Assembly (NCBI GenBank): GCA_030264375.1 | Contig: JASCQW010000133.1 | Coordinates: 43,026,065 to 43,090,064 of the forward strand | Direction: 5' to 3' | Length of the DNA stretch: 64,000 bases | Source: Carcharhinus longimanus | Lineage: Eukaryota | Notes under the pieces: generated by a model | Told to the model about the DNA's origin: nothing | The model's database searches: none | The model's input: only the letters and a program-made list of their open reading frames with translations | Made by a program: the position numbers and the translations under genes | In this document: positions 63,416 through 64,000 of the stretch, piece by piece | How the letters are laid out: each line of letters opens with the position of its first letter | Position numbering within the stretch: position 1 is the first letter of the stretch

Positions 63416-63449
63416 ACAGTTGATCTTAGCCGAAAGACTGAGAAACGGT
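63416..63449 (-). pseudogene. U2 snRNA 5' fragment (about nt 1-34)
   Basis: Minus ACCGTTTCTCAGTCTTTCGGCTAAGATCAA vs U2 ATCGCTTCTCGGCCTTTTGGCTAAGATCAA: 25/30 identical, then diverges after TGT. Confidence 0.8.
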
Positions 63450-64000
63450 TTTATTCCCCGTTTCTCACATCTGCTGGCTGGTTCATATTGGAAGCTGACC
63501 TATTTCCCGCAGAGGACTGTGTCAGTACCTCTTTAAAATAGTAGCTGCAGCTGTGAGTTGTTATAAAGACTACTGGTTTGGCTTGTTGCCCTTTACTTGC
63601 GTTGTCTTCTGGCTTGGTGAAGTTTCACTTCCTCTAGGTTAACTTGGAGGTAGTCAGTATTTATTATTTTTTAAAACAATTTACCCTATTTGTATCCAAA
63701 ACTTCAACTTAAGTTCAATGTTTTCTGGACACAGACTATTCTGCCTTGCTCTCTTGGAGTCTCATTGCCTTATTACCATAACCCTTTATGCTCTCCACCC
63801 AAAACTGTTAAAATATTTTGTTGAACTATTTCTATTCCTATCATCTCCCTCCAAAATCATAACACCAGAGGTTGAGCGTGTCTGATGCTTTCATTACTCT
63901 GCCTGATTGCGTCTTAAGTATTCTTATTTGTGTCTCACTTTTGGGGTTTGATGTAGAGTGTCTCCTCATTCTCATCATGACAACACTGAAATGATTGCAT

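Overview
Eukaryotic, repeat-dense genomic DNA from a draft assembly with many N gaps. The repeat content (HE1/V-SINE-type tRNA SINEs, HER1-like CR1 LINEs, Deu-domain SINEs, Penelope-like elements) points to a cartilaginous fish, most likely a shark. No protein-coding gene can be named; almost all ORF-track entries are retroelement remnants, gap-spanning artefacts or chance ORFs. The main host feature is a CpG-island promoter at about 26.95-27.86 kb. It carries four CCAAT boxes, a GC box and a PBX/PREP decamer, and most likely drives a minus-strand gene with an AUG-free leader and a long first intron running left. There are hints of divergent transcription to the right. The most interesting elements are: three distinct families of hammerhead-ribozyme-bearing Penelope-like repeats (including a 1.1-kb palindromic insertion with a 12-bp target-site duplication and a compact RFX/CCAAT/TATA + ribozyme cassette); a U2-snRNA-headed short element; an apparent SINE 3'-tail swap between CR1 and Rex/Babar partners; and a CR1 copy with twin-priming-like geometry. 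Repeat boundaries were read by eye and are approximate; family names come from recalled motifs, not database searches.
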